Positions 25,414 through 35,406 are shown, numbered from the stretch's first letter. The stretch is 35,775 nt of DNA from Candidatus Woesearchaeota archaeon (GCA_003650585.1 QMQS01000001.1:1-35775); one strand, 5' to 3'. The notes: generated from the letters alone by a model not told the origin. Program-made: numbers and translations.

Positions 25414-26648
25414 TATCGTGCATGGAGCCAGAAATCTGTCTCTCTACCACTCCTGTAAAATATTGTTGCAATGTAAAGCTTCTCGGTGCCAACCATTCTG
25501 ACTAATTGCTCTTTTGACAACTTCGGTGTCATCTCATTTGCCACAACAACAGCAACCTCATCTGGGTTGGCTCTCCTGCTCTGGAGTTGGAACTCTTTAC
25601 CCAGCCCCTTGGTAATCAGCCCGAACTCTACACCATCACCCTGTGCTGGTTGCTCAAATTCATCCCCACTTGCATCATTTCTCTTCTGCTGTATCCATTC
25701 GAGTTTTGGCAAGCTTCTAAAGTACTCGACAAATGGTACAGCTGGGGTGCTTATACCTATACCCAGTTCCTCGAAATGATGGTCTGGCCAGATTGCATAA
25801 ACAATGTCTGGTCTTAAAGCAAACTCCTTATAGAACAACCTGGCTAGGGCAAACCCTGCTAGTAGGAGCTGGTTTGGTGTGTAAACCCCACGGTTTGTGT
25901 CCAAGCCAATGCTTGCCCTGCTTCCTAATATTATCTCATAGAGGCGCTCACAGCCCTTTAATTGGCTCTTGTATAATATCTGTGCTTCTGTCTCATCAGC
26001 TGGGACATCATTTAGCTCATAGCACTGTATCTTCCAGTCCCTAACCGCCTTCTCAATCTGAGCATCTATTGTCCTCACATAAATCAGCCTTGGCTCGAGC
26101 CAGGGGTTGAGCAGAATGGCCCTTGGGAATTTAACCGAGTCAACCAAGAAGTCGAGTTTGAGTTGCTCCAAGCCCCGCTCTTCAAAGAATCTCTTGGTTG
26201 CCCTTGCTGTCTTGCCCTCATCAATCAGGTCCTCAACCACCACAGCCCAGGTGTTTTCATTTATGGTTCCATTCTCAACATAACCCTCCAATCCAATGAT
26301 CCTTGTTTGCTCTATTGTTTGGTGTTGACCTAGGTAGGTTTCACCTATATAGGGTATAAACCTCGGTGGCTTAAGCCCGTTTGCCTTTGCGTAACTCTTG
26401 AAGTAAGGATAGAGTGCATAGAAATAGAAGTAAGCCCCTCGCCCTGGTACAAGGAACACATCTGGTAGTGCCTCTCTTCTTCTTATCTCCTCACCACGCA
26501 AATAGAGAAACCTATCAAACATCCTTGGTGCCACATCCACAACCGATTGCGCATCAGCATATATCCTCCCATCAGGCATCCTCCTCATATGGTTACCGAA
26601 CTCATCTTCGGTCCTTGTGACACCCTTGGGCCGGCTTATTGTTTTCAT
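25410..26648 (-). CDS. Type I phosphoribosyltransferase-like protein, apparently two tandem PRTase domains
   Basis: PRPP-loop motif VVVEDLIDEGKT and PDVFLVPGRG in the first half; degenerate repeat in the second half; likely start ATG 26648 (MKTISR) with a TTATAAAA TATA about 20-30 nt upstream. Confidence 0.7.
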   Translation of the reverse strand: MKTISRPKGVTRTEDEFGNHMRRMPDGRIYADAQSVVDVAPRMFDRFLYLRGEEIRRREALPDVFLVPGRGAYFYFYALYPYFKSYAKANGLKPPRFIPYIGETYLGQHQTIEQTRIIGLEGYVENGTINENTWAVVVEDLIDEGKTARATKRFFEERGLEQLKLDFLVDSVKFPRAILLNPWLEPRLIYVRTIDAQIEKAVRDWKIQCYELNDVPADETEAQILYKSQLKGCERLYEIILGSRASIGLDTNRGVYTPNQLLLAGFALARLFYKEFALRPDIVYAIWPDHHFEELGIGISTPAVPFVEYFRSLPKLEWIQQKRNDASGDEFEQPAQGDGVEFGLITKGLGKEFQLQSRRANPDEVAVVVANEMTPKLSKEQLVRMVGTEKLYIATIFYRSGRETDFWLHARY

Positions 26649-26749
26649 ATGGGTAATGTGTGAAAAATGTTTTATAACTTTTGCTGTTTGGCAAACTTTC
26701 AATACCATGAACACAAAATATATAAAGTTTTGAGGATTGAGGAGAGAGC

Positions 26750-27520
26750 ATGGGATGGCAGGTTACCCAGCTAAATAAGGTTCCTAAGTTATGCAATAGC
26801 GTGCTGGTTGAGGGGCTGCCAGGCATAGGCAATGTTGGTAAGATTGCTTTGGATTTCATAATAGAGCAGATTAAGCCGGTTGAGATTTATGATTTCTACT
26901 CTCACTCGATGCCTCACTCAGTTTTTGTTAACCAGGACAATCTTGTGGAATTGCCAAAGCTCAGATTGCTTGCATTGAGGCGGGCGAGGAAACCGAGCTT
27001 GGTCTTCCTGGCAGGAGATATCCAGCCAGTTGATGAGGTATCTTCTCATGAGTTTGTTGAGACCCTCTTAGACATGGCTGACAGTTTGGATATAAAAAGG
27101 ATTGTCACACTGGGTGGCATAGGCATGTCCCGTCTTCCAAGAGAGCCAAAGGTTTATGTTACAGGAAATTCAAAGGATGCAGTAAAGGAGTTTTCTGATA
27201 ACACCACAAAGAGGAATCTTGTTGGTGTTGTGGGTCCAATTGTGGGTGTTACAGGGCTGCTCCCGGGTTTGGCTGCAAAACGTAACATACCAGCTGTGGC
27301 TTATCTTGTTGAGAGTTTTGCCCATCCCTTGCATGTGGGTATAAAAGAGGCAAGGGTGCTGCTCAAATTGCTCAATAAGAAACTCAATCTTGGCATAAAA
27401 CTTGAGAGTTTTGATAAGGGTATTCGGGATTTAGAGAAGACTCTGCGCTTGAAGACTCGGGAGATAAAGGCTGCTCCCAAGCCGATTAGTTCTGTAAAAG
27501 AGACAAGTTATATAGGGTGA
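26750..27520 (+). CDS. PAC2 family proteasome assembly chaperone-like protein
   Basis: LVEGLPGIGNVGKIA, GDIQP, IVTLGG, GPIVGVTGLL, terminal SYIG; own TATA (ATATATAAA at about 26718-26726). Confidence 0.93.
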   Translation: MGWQVTQLNKVPKLCNSVLVEGLPGIGNVGKIALDFIIEQIKPVEIYDFYSHSMPHSVFVNQDNLVELPKLRLLALRRARKPSLVFLAGDIQPVDEVSSHEFVETLLDMADSLDIKRIVTLGGIGMSRLPREPKVYVTGNSKDAVKEFSDNTTKRNLVGVVGPIVGVTGLLPGLAAKRNIPAVAYLVESFAHPLHVGIKEARVLLKLLNKKLNLGIKLESFDKGIRDLEKTLRLKTREIKAAPKPISSVKETSYIG

Positions 27521-27521
27521 G

Positions 27522-28766
27522 ATGAGAATGGTGGACTATGTTATTAGAAGGTGCTTCGCAAGAGAGGTCCTTGACTCACGGGGTAACCCCACTGTTGAGG
27601 TTGAGATGCACACAAGGTCTGGCTACGCAACAGCAATGGTGCCCTCTGGTGCCTCAACTGGCAAACACGAGGCATTGGAATTGCGGGATAACAATAACCG
27701 CTATATGGGTAAGGGCGTGAGAAGGGCAATAGCAAATGTTGATTTGATTGCTAAAAAGTTGGTGGGGAGTGATGTTAGAGAGCAGCGCTGTATTGACCAA
27801 CTCATGATTAATATGGATGGCACACCAAACAAATCAAAGCTTGGAGCGAATGCCATTCTTGGGGTTAGTATGTGTGCAGCCCGGCTTGCAGCCCAACTAT
27901 CAGGCAAGCCACTTTACCAATACCTAGCAGAGTTCTCAGAGCGAGAGCCAAAAATGGCAGTACCTTTTGCAAACATAATAAATGGTGGTGCTCATGCGGG
28001 CAACCACTTGAAAATCCAGGAGTTTATGATTGTGCCACAAGCAGAAACATTTGCAGAGAACATGAGGATTGTTTCAGAGGTATACCACACTCTGAAGAAA
28101 ATCTTGAAAGAGGAGTATGGCTTGGGTGCTACAAATGTTGGGGATGAGGGAGGGTTTGCCCCGCCAATAGCAACAGCCGATGAGGCACTTGGGCTAATAG
28201 AGAGGGCTATAGAGGACTCAGGTCATGCAGACAGGGTTAAGTTGGCTATAGACGCAGCTGCATCTTATTTCTACATTGATGGCAAATACGAGCTTGAGCA
28301 AACCCTAACACCACAACAATTGGCGGATTACTGGGAGCAATTGGTTGCAGAGCATAACCTAATCTCGCTTGAAGACCCTTTTGCTGAGGACGATTATGAT
28401 GGGTTCCAGCTCCTTATGCAGAGATTGGGCAACCGGCTCCAGATAGTTGGTGATGACTTGTTGGTAACCAATGTAAAGAGAATAAAGATGGCTATCACAA
28501 AGAACCTCTGTAACGCGCTCCTCTTAAAATTGAATCAGATTGGCACTGTTACAGAGGCGATTGAGGCAGCCCACTTAGCATTTGCCAATAATTGGGGGGT
28601 GATGGTGTCTCACCGCTCTGGCGAGACTGAGGACACATTTATTGCAGACCTGGCTGTTGCCCTTGGGTGTGGTCAGATTAAGCTCGGAGCGCCATGCCGC
28701 TCTGAAAGGACTGCCAAATACAACCGTTTGCTGAGGATCTCAGAGCAGTTGTCTAACTCAAATTGA
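27522..28766 (+). CDS. eno: Enolase
   Basis: REVLDSRGNPTVEVE, VPSGASTG.HEALELRD, GGAHA, QEFM, GDEGG, EDP, GDD, LLKLNQIG, SHRSGETED, RSERTAKYN; start may be 27528. Confidence 0.98.
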   Translation: MRMVDYVIRRCFAREVLDSRGNPTVEVEMHTRSGYATAMVPSGASTGKHEALELRDNNNRYMGKGVRRAIANVDLIAKKLVGSDVREQRCIDQLMINMDGTPNKSKLGANAILGVSMCAARLAAQLSGKPLYQYLAEFSEREPKMAVPFANIINGGAHAGNHLKIQEFMIVPQAETFAENMRIVSEVYHTLKKILKEEYGLGATNVGDEGGFAPPIATADEALGLIERAIEDSGHADRVKLAIDAAASYFYIDGKYELEQTLTPQQLADYWEQLVAEHNLISLEDPFAEDDYDGFQLLMQRLGNRLQIVGDDLLVTNVKRIKMAITKNLCNALLLKLNQIGTVTEAIEAAHLAFANNWGVMVSHRSGETEDTFIADLAVALGCGQIKLGAPCRSERTAKYNRLLRISEQLSNSN

Positions 28767-28788
28767 GGTTTCATAGCACCAAATAAAG

Positions 28789-29481
28789 ATGGATTATTCA
28801 ATTTTAAAACTCAAAGGGCTTCTGGAATGGCACATTGAAAGGAGACCAGAGATGAGGGTGCAAGATGTCTATAAACTGCTGTACCAAGGTGTGTTTGGGC
28901 CAAAACATTCTCTTGGTCTTAATGTGAGAGAGGCATTGCTGGAGGAGATTGCTCAATTGGGTCATACTTCGAGTCATGTGACGGGTGAGGAAGAGACAAT
29001 AGAGAGAGTATCCCCTGACGGTTTAGTGATTCGGGTTAATCTACGCCCACTGTTGGTTTATAATCGAGCAGAGATAGATGACGAGCTCTACGAGAGAAAA
29101 CTTGATGCACTAGTGGAATGCTTAATAATATCAGCAGAATCCACAAGAGGCTCGTTGGAAGAGTTTCTACAGATGTGGAGTGACTTTAAGATGCTTGCCG
29201 TGAGTTACCCTAAATGGGGCTTTGGTGTTAGAGAAATAGAAGAGTTCGAGGCAAGTGTTAAGGCTAAAGACTACCCACCTGTTCACCATTCTGATGTTTA
29301 TGTTGAGCTATATAAACCAGCTTACAGGGTTATGCTAGCAGGAGTGTTTAATGGCATATACTCTGAGGTAGGGCTATCATATTTAGAGGAGGAACTTAGG
29401 GGGATAAGCAGATCTCTAAAAGAACTTGAAAATTTTGCGGATGAAGTAGAGGAAGAGATAAAAAGGTTTAGCCGCAAATAG
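28789..29481 (+). CDS. Hypothetical protein with QDVYKLLYQG..G.KH and PVHHS..Y...YKPAYRV motifs
   Basis: 230-aa ORF filling the eno-Lrp gap, with His/Tyr-rich motif-like blocks. Confidence 0.75.
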   Translation: MDYSILKLKGLLEWHIERRPEMRVQDVYKLLYQGVFGPKHSLGLNVREALLEEIAQLGHTSSHVTGEEETIERVSPDGLVIRVNLRPLLVYNRAEIDDELYERKLDALVECLIISAESTRGSLEEFLQMWSDFKMLAVSYPKWGFGVREIEEFEASVKAKDYPPVHHSDVYVELYKPAYRVMLAGVFNGIYSEVGLSYLEEELRGISRSLKELENFADEVEEEIKRFSRK

Positions 29482-29500
29482 AGCATGATAGGTGATACAA

Positions 29501-29977
29501 ATGCTCAGCAAGAGGGATTTGAGCATACTTAGCAATTTGAGGAAAAACTCAAGGTTAAAGCTGACCACAATGAGTAAACTCACGCATATACCAACCAGCA
29601 CAATCTTTGATAGGATGAGGGTTCACGAGCAACGAGTTATTAAACGCTACACAAGCTTGCTGAATTATGAAAAACTTGGCTACGAGATAAGGGCGAACAT
29701 ACTCATCAAGGCAAGCCAAGAATGCAAGCTAAAACTTAGCGATTACCTAAAATCAAACCCATATGTGAACTCATTGTTCAAACTAAATAACGAGTATGAT
29801 TTTATTGTGGATGTTGTGTTTAGGAATAGGAGAGCTATGGAGGGGTTTTTGGCAAGGATTAAAGAGGGGTTTCAGCTTGAGGTGATTGAGGTGCTTCCTG
29901 TGGTTGAGGAGGTAAAGCGAGAGGGGTTTCTTGCTGAGCCCTCCATTGTAGAATTTTTTGCTTATGCAGGCAATTAA
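29501..29977 (+). CDS. Lrp/AsnC family transcriptional regulator
   Basis: DLSILSNLRKNSR...HTH (TIFDRMR)...KLGY...YDFIVDV; GGTGA SD at 29491-29495 favours ATG 29501 over GTG 29492. Confidence 0.9.
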   Translation: MLSKRDLSILSNLRKNSRLKLTTMSKLTHIPTSTIFDRMRVHEQRVIKRYTSLLNYEKLGYEIRANILIKASQECKLKLSDYLKSNPYVNSLFKLNNEYDFIVDVVFRNRRAMEGFLARIKEGFQLEVIEVLPVVEEVKREGFLAEPSIVEFFAYAGN

Positions 29978-30019
29978 TCCACCAAAACCTTTATATAAGC
30001 TTGCCATTTGGTTTTGGGC

Positions 30020-30922
30020 ATGATTCTTAAAGAGGCAACCCCTGAATTGGTTAAGGCATGCCGGATTGCTGCCCAGGTGCGTGACTATGGTGCCGAGTTG
30101 GTGAAAAGTGGGACCTCATTACTGGAGATAACTGAGAGGCTTGAGCAGAGGATAAAACAACTTGGTGGCTCGCCTGCTTTCCCCCCACAGATATCACTCA
30201 ACCACATTGCTGCCCACAACTGTCCTGATTCTGGTGACACCACTCTGCTGAAGGACGACCTGGTTAAGATTGATATAGGTGTTCATGTGAATGGCTACAT
30301 AGGTGACACAGCACGCACTGTCGACCTCTCTGGCAGGTATGCCAAATTGGTTGAGGCAGCCAATGCCGCTTTGGATGCTGCTGTTAAGCTTGCTAAGCCA
30401 GGTGTGGAGGTGCGTGAACTCGGCAGAGCAATCCAGAGCGAGATTACAAAGCGTGGGTTCTCGCCAATACGCAACCTCTCTGGGCATGGCTTGGGCTTGT
30501 TTGAGGTTCACACATCCCCAACTATACCAAATTACGATGACAACAGCCATCGCAGATTAGAGAAGGGCGAACTCATTGCAATTGAGCCATTTGCTACCAA
30601 TGGAGTCGGGATTGTGCAGGAGGGCAACTACCCAACACTATTCTCATTGGTGGATGATGGAAGAAAGAGTGTGAGGTTACCAAAGAGCAGGGAGGTCCTT
30701 AAGTTCATTGCCACCCATTACGGTAAACTTGTGTTTGCCAAGCGCTGGCTTAAGGCACACTTCAAGCCGTACGAAGTGGAGTTTGCTATACGAATGCTTC
30801 TAAAAGCAGGGCTACTCCGGGGTTACCCTCCACTTGGAGAGCAGCAGAAGGGCATGGTTGCACAGGCAGAACACACTGTTCTTGTTTGGAACCCGCCTAT
30901 GGTTTTAACAAGAAATGAGTAG
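30020..30922 (+). CDS. map: Methionine aminopeptidase type II
   Basis: AFP, AAH, KIDIGVHVNGYIGDTA, NLSGHGL, AIEPFAT, helical insert, AQAEHT; TATA (TTTATATA at about 29990-29997) favours ATG 30020. Confidence 0.96.
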   Translation: MILKEATPELVKACRIAAQVRDYGAELVKSGTSLLEITERLEQRIKQLGGSPAFPPQISLNHIAAHNCPDSGDTTLLKDDLVKIDIGVHVNGYIGDTARTVDLSGRYAKLVEAANAALDAAVKLAKPGVEVRELGRAIQSEITKRGFSPIRNLSGHGLGLFEVHTSPTIPNYDDNSHRRLEKGELIAIEPFATNGVGIVQEGNYPTLFSLVDDGRKSVRLPKSREVLKFIATHYGKLVFAKRWLKAHFKPYEVEFAIRMLLKAGLLRGYPPLGEQQKGMVAQAEHTVLVWNPPMVLTRNE

Positions 30923-30923
30923 T

Positions 30924-33116
30924 TTAAACACCATGCACTATCTGTGATGTTTGTAGGATGGTGGAAGCAATTATGTTGAATATAAGGATGACCACAAATG
31001 TGATAATGCAGTAAAGCAGTGTGCTTTTGGTGAGGTGCTGCCCCTTGAGATAATTCTCTGAGAGCTTATCAGCACCATTCTCTATACCGTTCACCAGTAT
31101 GGTCATAACCCAAACAATCTCCACCACATAAAGCCCTACGATAATCTGGAAATGGTAAGCAGGCACGCCATCACCGAACATCGAGAGTACGCCCATGCCA
31201 CCCTGACCAAGGGCGGTTGTGCTGTCTATATTCTTTATTGATTCACGGAGTTGCGAGAGAATATTGACTATCATAGACGTAATCCCTATCACTATACCAG
31301 AGATTACTGGCGCCATGAAGTTTATCTGCTGCTTCATGCTTGAGATTATGTCCGCCATAAGGTCTCTGAGGCGTTCATTCACCCTGTGAATCTCCTTTAT
31401 GTATTCTGCCACGGTTAGCAGTGTACGAGAGGCAATCTGGGGTCCCTTCTTTGAACTCTCCAGAAGCACCTTCATTGAACTCTTGATTACATTGGATGGG
31501 AAGTACACCAAAGCCCCATTCTTTTTGTTAAAGATTGCGTCCCTAACATTCATTCCAGTGTTGGTGATGTTGTTGGCAACAATCCTAAAAAAAGCCCCAC
31601 TCTTGGTGTCCTTCATTACCTCAGCGACATTTTGGAATGCTATTTCAGTGGGTATCCCGTCCCCAATCCTGTTGCCCAGTTGGAACAAGCCAGAGGCGAA
31701 CTCTGTCTCGAGTTGTTTTGTGTCTTCCCTTATCTTTATCACATTCTTGGAGCGCAGCATGTAGTAGATTCCTACGCCTAAACCAACCCCTGCAGTTAAG
31801 AATAGGCTCATCAATACAGCACCAAGCCCGTATGGACCTATAACCCTAGTGTTGGTCATGTCCATCTTGTAGCCAAATATCTTGAAGTTCATAAACAGAG
31901 GCTTCTCGCTAAGGAGAACTGACTCAGGCACCATAAAGTGGTATAGCCAAGGGTAGAGCCCAATCAGAGCAAGCGTCATACCTATTGCGAGGGCTATATA
32001 GAGTGGGTTGATTTTAAACTCATACTTGCCAAATTTCAACAGCACATACTTGTATTTGTTGTATTCCGGAAATTCACTGCTTATGTCTGTCTCCCCATAA
32101 CCAGTGGGTCTTTTGGTCAGTATTACCCTTCCAAATATGTAAACTATTATTGGTAGGGTTATATTATAGAGTACTGCAAGATACAAAGCAACCCGCCCAG
32201 GTGGTAGGTTCTCAGAGGTCATGAAGCTGGTTACCATTGGCAGAATCACAAGCCCAAGGATTGGTAGAATGATACCGAGCATGTGGAGTATTGTTATTGG
32301 TGATTTCAACTCATGAGTGTAGTGGAGCATCTTCTCGTAGGTTTCGTTTAGAATTACCTCTAAGGCTTTCTCTATTAGTGCCAATCTGCGCTCTTCAGAT
32401 GGTTCGTAAAGAGAGGACTCAATGAGATGGAATGCCTCAATGAACTCCAAATTCCATTTGCGCCAGGTTTCTAAGTATGCATCAAGGCTTTCTTTAATGG
32501 AGTCGTATTTGCCTGTCTCCACATCCCAAAGCACCTTCCTTAGGTCTAGAGAGAGGGGCGGGCTTAGGTGCTCGGCAGCAAACTCTATTGCGTTCTCAAA
32601 ATTGCTTGTGTGCCTCATGTATGTAACAACATAGAATATGCACTGTACCATCTGGTTGCTTGCCTTTAATCTCCATGAGTTAGCAAAGAGGTATGGCAAC
32701 CTCTTTAAAAGAAGCATGAGCAGCAAACCAACGAGTGCAAAGTAAAGCACAAAGAACAGGGATTGGAACATTGCATAGCCCAGAAGCCCGCCAAACACAA
32801 TAACCAGAATTGGACCGAGATACGAAAGGGCTACAACCCCTTCTGGATTTACCTCTAGGTGGGATATTGTGATTGCCTCAAGGAGGTTGCTCCTCTCTGG
32901 CTCACCAGGTTTAATCTTGAGTACCCTCTCAGCAATATTACACGCTTTCTCATAGATGCTAAGGGGCTTTGGCAGGAATCTGCGTTTGAACTCTTGGTAC
33001 TCTTGTGTTGTTATCTTCCTTGTGAGCTGTCCCTGTGTGTCCTCTTTACCCAATAACTCAGAAGCAATCCTTCGTTTGTATTTCTCTATTATGTCCTCTT
33101 CATTGACACCTGGCAT
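30924..33116 (-). CDS. Type IV pilus/T2SS membrane platform protein (TadB/TadC- or ArlJ-like, two GspF-like domains)
   Basis: Multiple TM groups separated by two cytoplasmic domains (YMRHTSNFENAIEFA...; FASGLFQLGNRIGDGIPTEIAF...); lies 1 nt downstream of the secretion ATPase. Confidence 0.88.
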   Translation of the reverse strand: MPGVNEEDIIEKYKRRIASELLGKEDTQGQLTRKITTQEYQEFKRRFLPKPLSIYEKACNIAERVLKIKPGEPERSNLLEAITISHLEVNPEGVVALSYLGPILVIVFGGLLGYAMFQSLFFVLYFALVGLLLMLLLKRLPYLFANSWRLKASNQMVQCIFYVVTYMRHTSNFENAIEFAAEHLSPPLSLDLRKVLWDVETGKYDSIKESLDAYLETWRKWNLEFIEAFHLIESSLYEPSEERRLALIEKALEVILNETYEKMLHYTHELKSPITILHMLGIILPILGLVILPMVTSFMTSENLPPGRVALYLAVLYNITLPIIVYIFGRVILTKRPTGYGETDISSEFPEYNKYKYVLLKFGKYEFKINPLYIALAIGMTLALIGLYPWLYHFMVPESVLLSEKPLFMNFKIFGYKMDMTNTRVIGPYGLGAVLMSLFLTAGVGLGVGIYYMLRSKNVIKIREDTKQLETEFASGLFQLGNRIGDGIPTEIAFQNVAEVMKDTKSGAFFRIVANNITNTGMNVRDAIFNKKNGALVYFPSNVIKSSMKVLLESSKKGPQIASRTLLTVAEYIKEIHRVNERLRDLMADIISSMKQQINFMAPVISGIVIGITSMIVNILSQLRESIKNIDSTTALGQGGMGVLSMFGDGVPAYHFQIIVGLYVVEIVWVMTILVNGIENGADKLSENYLKGQHLTKSTLLYCIITFVVILIFNIIASTILQTSQIVHGV

Positions 33117-33117
33117 C

Positions 33118-35406
33118 TTATTCTTGTTTTAGTTTCTCAACAGTCTTTTTGAGCCAATCGTCCCAGAGTAAGAATATCCTCTTGCTATCCAAGCGGCCCC
33201 TCTCAGCCGCAACCTTCTCGCATATACGGTGGAACTCGTCATTGCATTGTATCACAAACTCTGCTTCGAGTAGTTCAGGCATCTTTTCTCTGTCTGAAAC
33301 CTCTACCAGCCTTTCCTTTACCTTGGCTCTAAGAAGGATGTTGTCCCAAACAGCATCCCAGTCCCCTGCCCACTCTTTAACATTCTCAGCAATCTTCTTT
33401 AAGACCTCTACCTCGCCCTCTAAGAGGTCCTTTGTGGGTTTGAGTTTATCTTCCTTTGCATCGTATTTCATGAGGTCAACAAACCCATGCTCCCGCAATG
33501 GGTCTTCTTCCCATTCTTTGCGTATCTCAGAAATCTGGGTTACCCTGCGCCATTTGTGGAGCCCGTCTGGGCTCTTGATTGGGTTACACACAACCACAAT
33601 GTCTGTTGCTTTGAATGAGGTCTTTGGCACTCCCAGGTCATTCACAACCCTGTCATAAACACCGTAGGGAGAATCACCATGGATAGTGCCTGCCACAACA
33701 TTTGCCATTGCACCCACTCTCATGGCTTCATACAAAGCCAATGCCTCAGTGCTTCGCACCTCACCTATGATTAAACATGAATCCCCAAGACGCAATGTTG
33801 TCCTCAACCCCTCATCAGCAGGCACCTCTGAGGTGCCCTTAGTCATGGCTGAGGCAACCTTCATGTGCTGTATATTGTAGTTCATCTCCCGCAGTGCCTC
33901 AGTGGGAAGCTCTAGCGTATCTTCTATAGTAATAATCCTATACTTTCTCATAATCTCTGTTAATAAAGCGCCCAGTAAACTCGTTTTACCAGCAGACCTT
34001 GTACCTGCAATCAGTATTGTCCTGGCGCCATCAATAAGAAAGCTTAGTAGCCCTGCAGCAAGCGGAGTAAGCATCCTGTTTTTTATAAAGAGTGGGAGTG
34101 TCCATGGCTTATCACGATGGCGTCTGAATGCAAAGGCAAGCCCGCTTGGGTTGAGTGGTTTGGATATCACTGCCACTCTTGCTTTTGCTCCAGGGAGGAT
34201 TATGCCTGTGTCCAAGATGGGGTTTGCCTCATCAAGAGGTCTCCCAGAAATCATCCTGAGTTTGGTTGCCCAGGATTCCACTTCTGTGGGTGTTGGTATG
34301 ATATTGGTCTTGCACTCACCGTAAATCTCATGCACCAAGAAAATAGGGGATTGACCTGTGGGTGAGTTTATGGTGATATCTTGAACCCTCTGATCTTGGA
34401 GCAATACCTCTATGAGCCCAAACCCAACAGTATAGCGCACAAGTATCCTTGCCAACTGGTTCTTCTCCTCTTCTGTTAGCTTGATGTTGTTGTACTCTGC
34501 AAGTTCCTCGATTAGGTCATGCCCCACATTTAAGAAGACTTGCCTCATCCTCTTTGGGTCAACGAACTCCTGTTCACTGGGTTCATGCGCAGAGAGGATC
34601 TTCTTTGCCTGATCAAGCAATTCGTATTTCTCTTCAGAGAGGTTGAACTCTGGAGGTATCACATGGTAGAGGTAAAGCACAGTGTCTTTGAGTTTGAATA
34701 TGCTAACCTCGGTCTCCTCATTTATCTTGTAGGTGTCTATCTCTTCTGCCCCTGATGGGAATGTGGACATGAGTTTGGTGTACATGAAGTCGGGCTTTAT
34801 CGTGGGAGTGAATATCTTTCTATAAACGTCTCTCTCACCCAGCTTGTAACCCGGCAGGTATGGCTTAGCAAGTTTTATGAGCTTGGTTCTACCAAGCTCT
34901 CTCTCAATCACACCCAGCATGCCAATATAATTCTGGATACACTGTGCCCTGTTGGGGTCGCTTTCCTTGTCTAGCTCTATCTTTGCCAACCTTATTAAGC
35001 GTCTAACCTTCACATAAGCCCCAATTGGGTCCTCTTTTATTAACTCGAACAAGATTTTTTTAATCTGCATATAGAAAGCACTGGCGAGACGGGCACATCC
35101 AGGGAGGTTGAGCTTCTCTATATTGAAACTCTCTTTGTCCTTTATCAGCATTGAATAAACTCTGGCTATCTCCTTCAACAGTTCGGTTTGTTCTGTGTCG
35201 TATTCATAGTTTCTCTTCTGCGAGAAAACAAGCTTGGTGGTCGCCTTTGCTTCACTTAGACGCTCAATCACCTGTGCCATACAAACTTTGTTGTCTTCTA
35301 TCGACGGTGAATAAGAGCACTTGTTGCAATTGAACACGAGGATGGTCTCTTCTCCCTCGTGCTCTATAGAATAAGGGCACACCTCCTTTTTTTCATCACC
35401 CACCAT
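33118..35406 (-). CDS. Type II/IV secretion system ATPase (VirB11/CpaF/ArlI family) with long N-terminal extension
   Basis: Walker A AGTRSAGKT, Asp box TIEDTLEL, Walker B LIIGEVR, His box GTIHG; GFGLIEVLLQD..VQDI motif. Confidence 0.95.
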   Translation of the reverse strand: MVGDEKKEVCPYSIEHEGEETILVFNCNKCSYSPSIEDNKVCMAQVIERLSEAKATTKLVFSQKRNYEYDTEQTELLKEIARVYSMLIKDKESFNIEKLNLPGCARLASAFYMQIKKILFELIKEDPIGAYVKVRRLIRLAKIELDKESDPNRAQCIQNYIGMLGVIERELGRTKLIKLAKPYLPGYKLGERDVYRKIFTPTIKPDFMYTKLMSTFPSGAEEIDTYKINEETEVSIFKLKDTVLYLYHVIPPEFNLSEEKYELLDQAKKILSAHEPSEQEFVDPKRMRQVFLNVGHDLIEELAEYNNIKLTEEEKNQLARILVRYTVGFGLIEVLLQDQRVQDITINSPTGQSPIFLVHEIYGECKTNIIPTPTEVESWATKLRMISGRPLDEANPILDTGIILPGAKARVAVISKPLNPSGLAFAFRRHRDKPWTLPLFIKNRMLTPLAAGLLSFLIDGARTILIAGTRSAGKTSLLGALLTEIMRKYRIITIEDTLELPTEALREMNYNIQHMKVASAMTKGTSEVPADEGLRTTLRLGDSCLIIGEVRSTEALALYEAMRVGAMANVVAGTIHGDSPYGVYDRVVNDLGVPKTSFKATDIVVVCNPIKSPDGLHKWRRVTQISEIRKEWEEDPLREHGFVDLMKYDAKEDKLKPTKDLLEGEVEVLKKIAENVKEWAGDWDAVWDNILLRAKVKERLVEVSDREKMPELLEAEFVIQCNDEFHRICEKVAAERGRLDSKRIFLLWDDWLKKTVEKLKQE

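Noticed and set aside
30924..35406. Archaellum (arlI/arlJ) or conjugative T4SS assignment
   Set aside because: No archaellins, ArlH, VirB4 or relaxase in the window; only the general ATPase/platform family can be supported.
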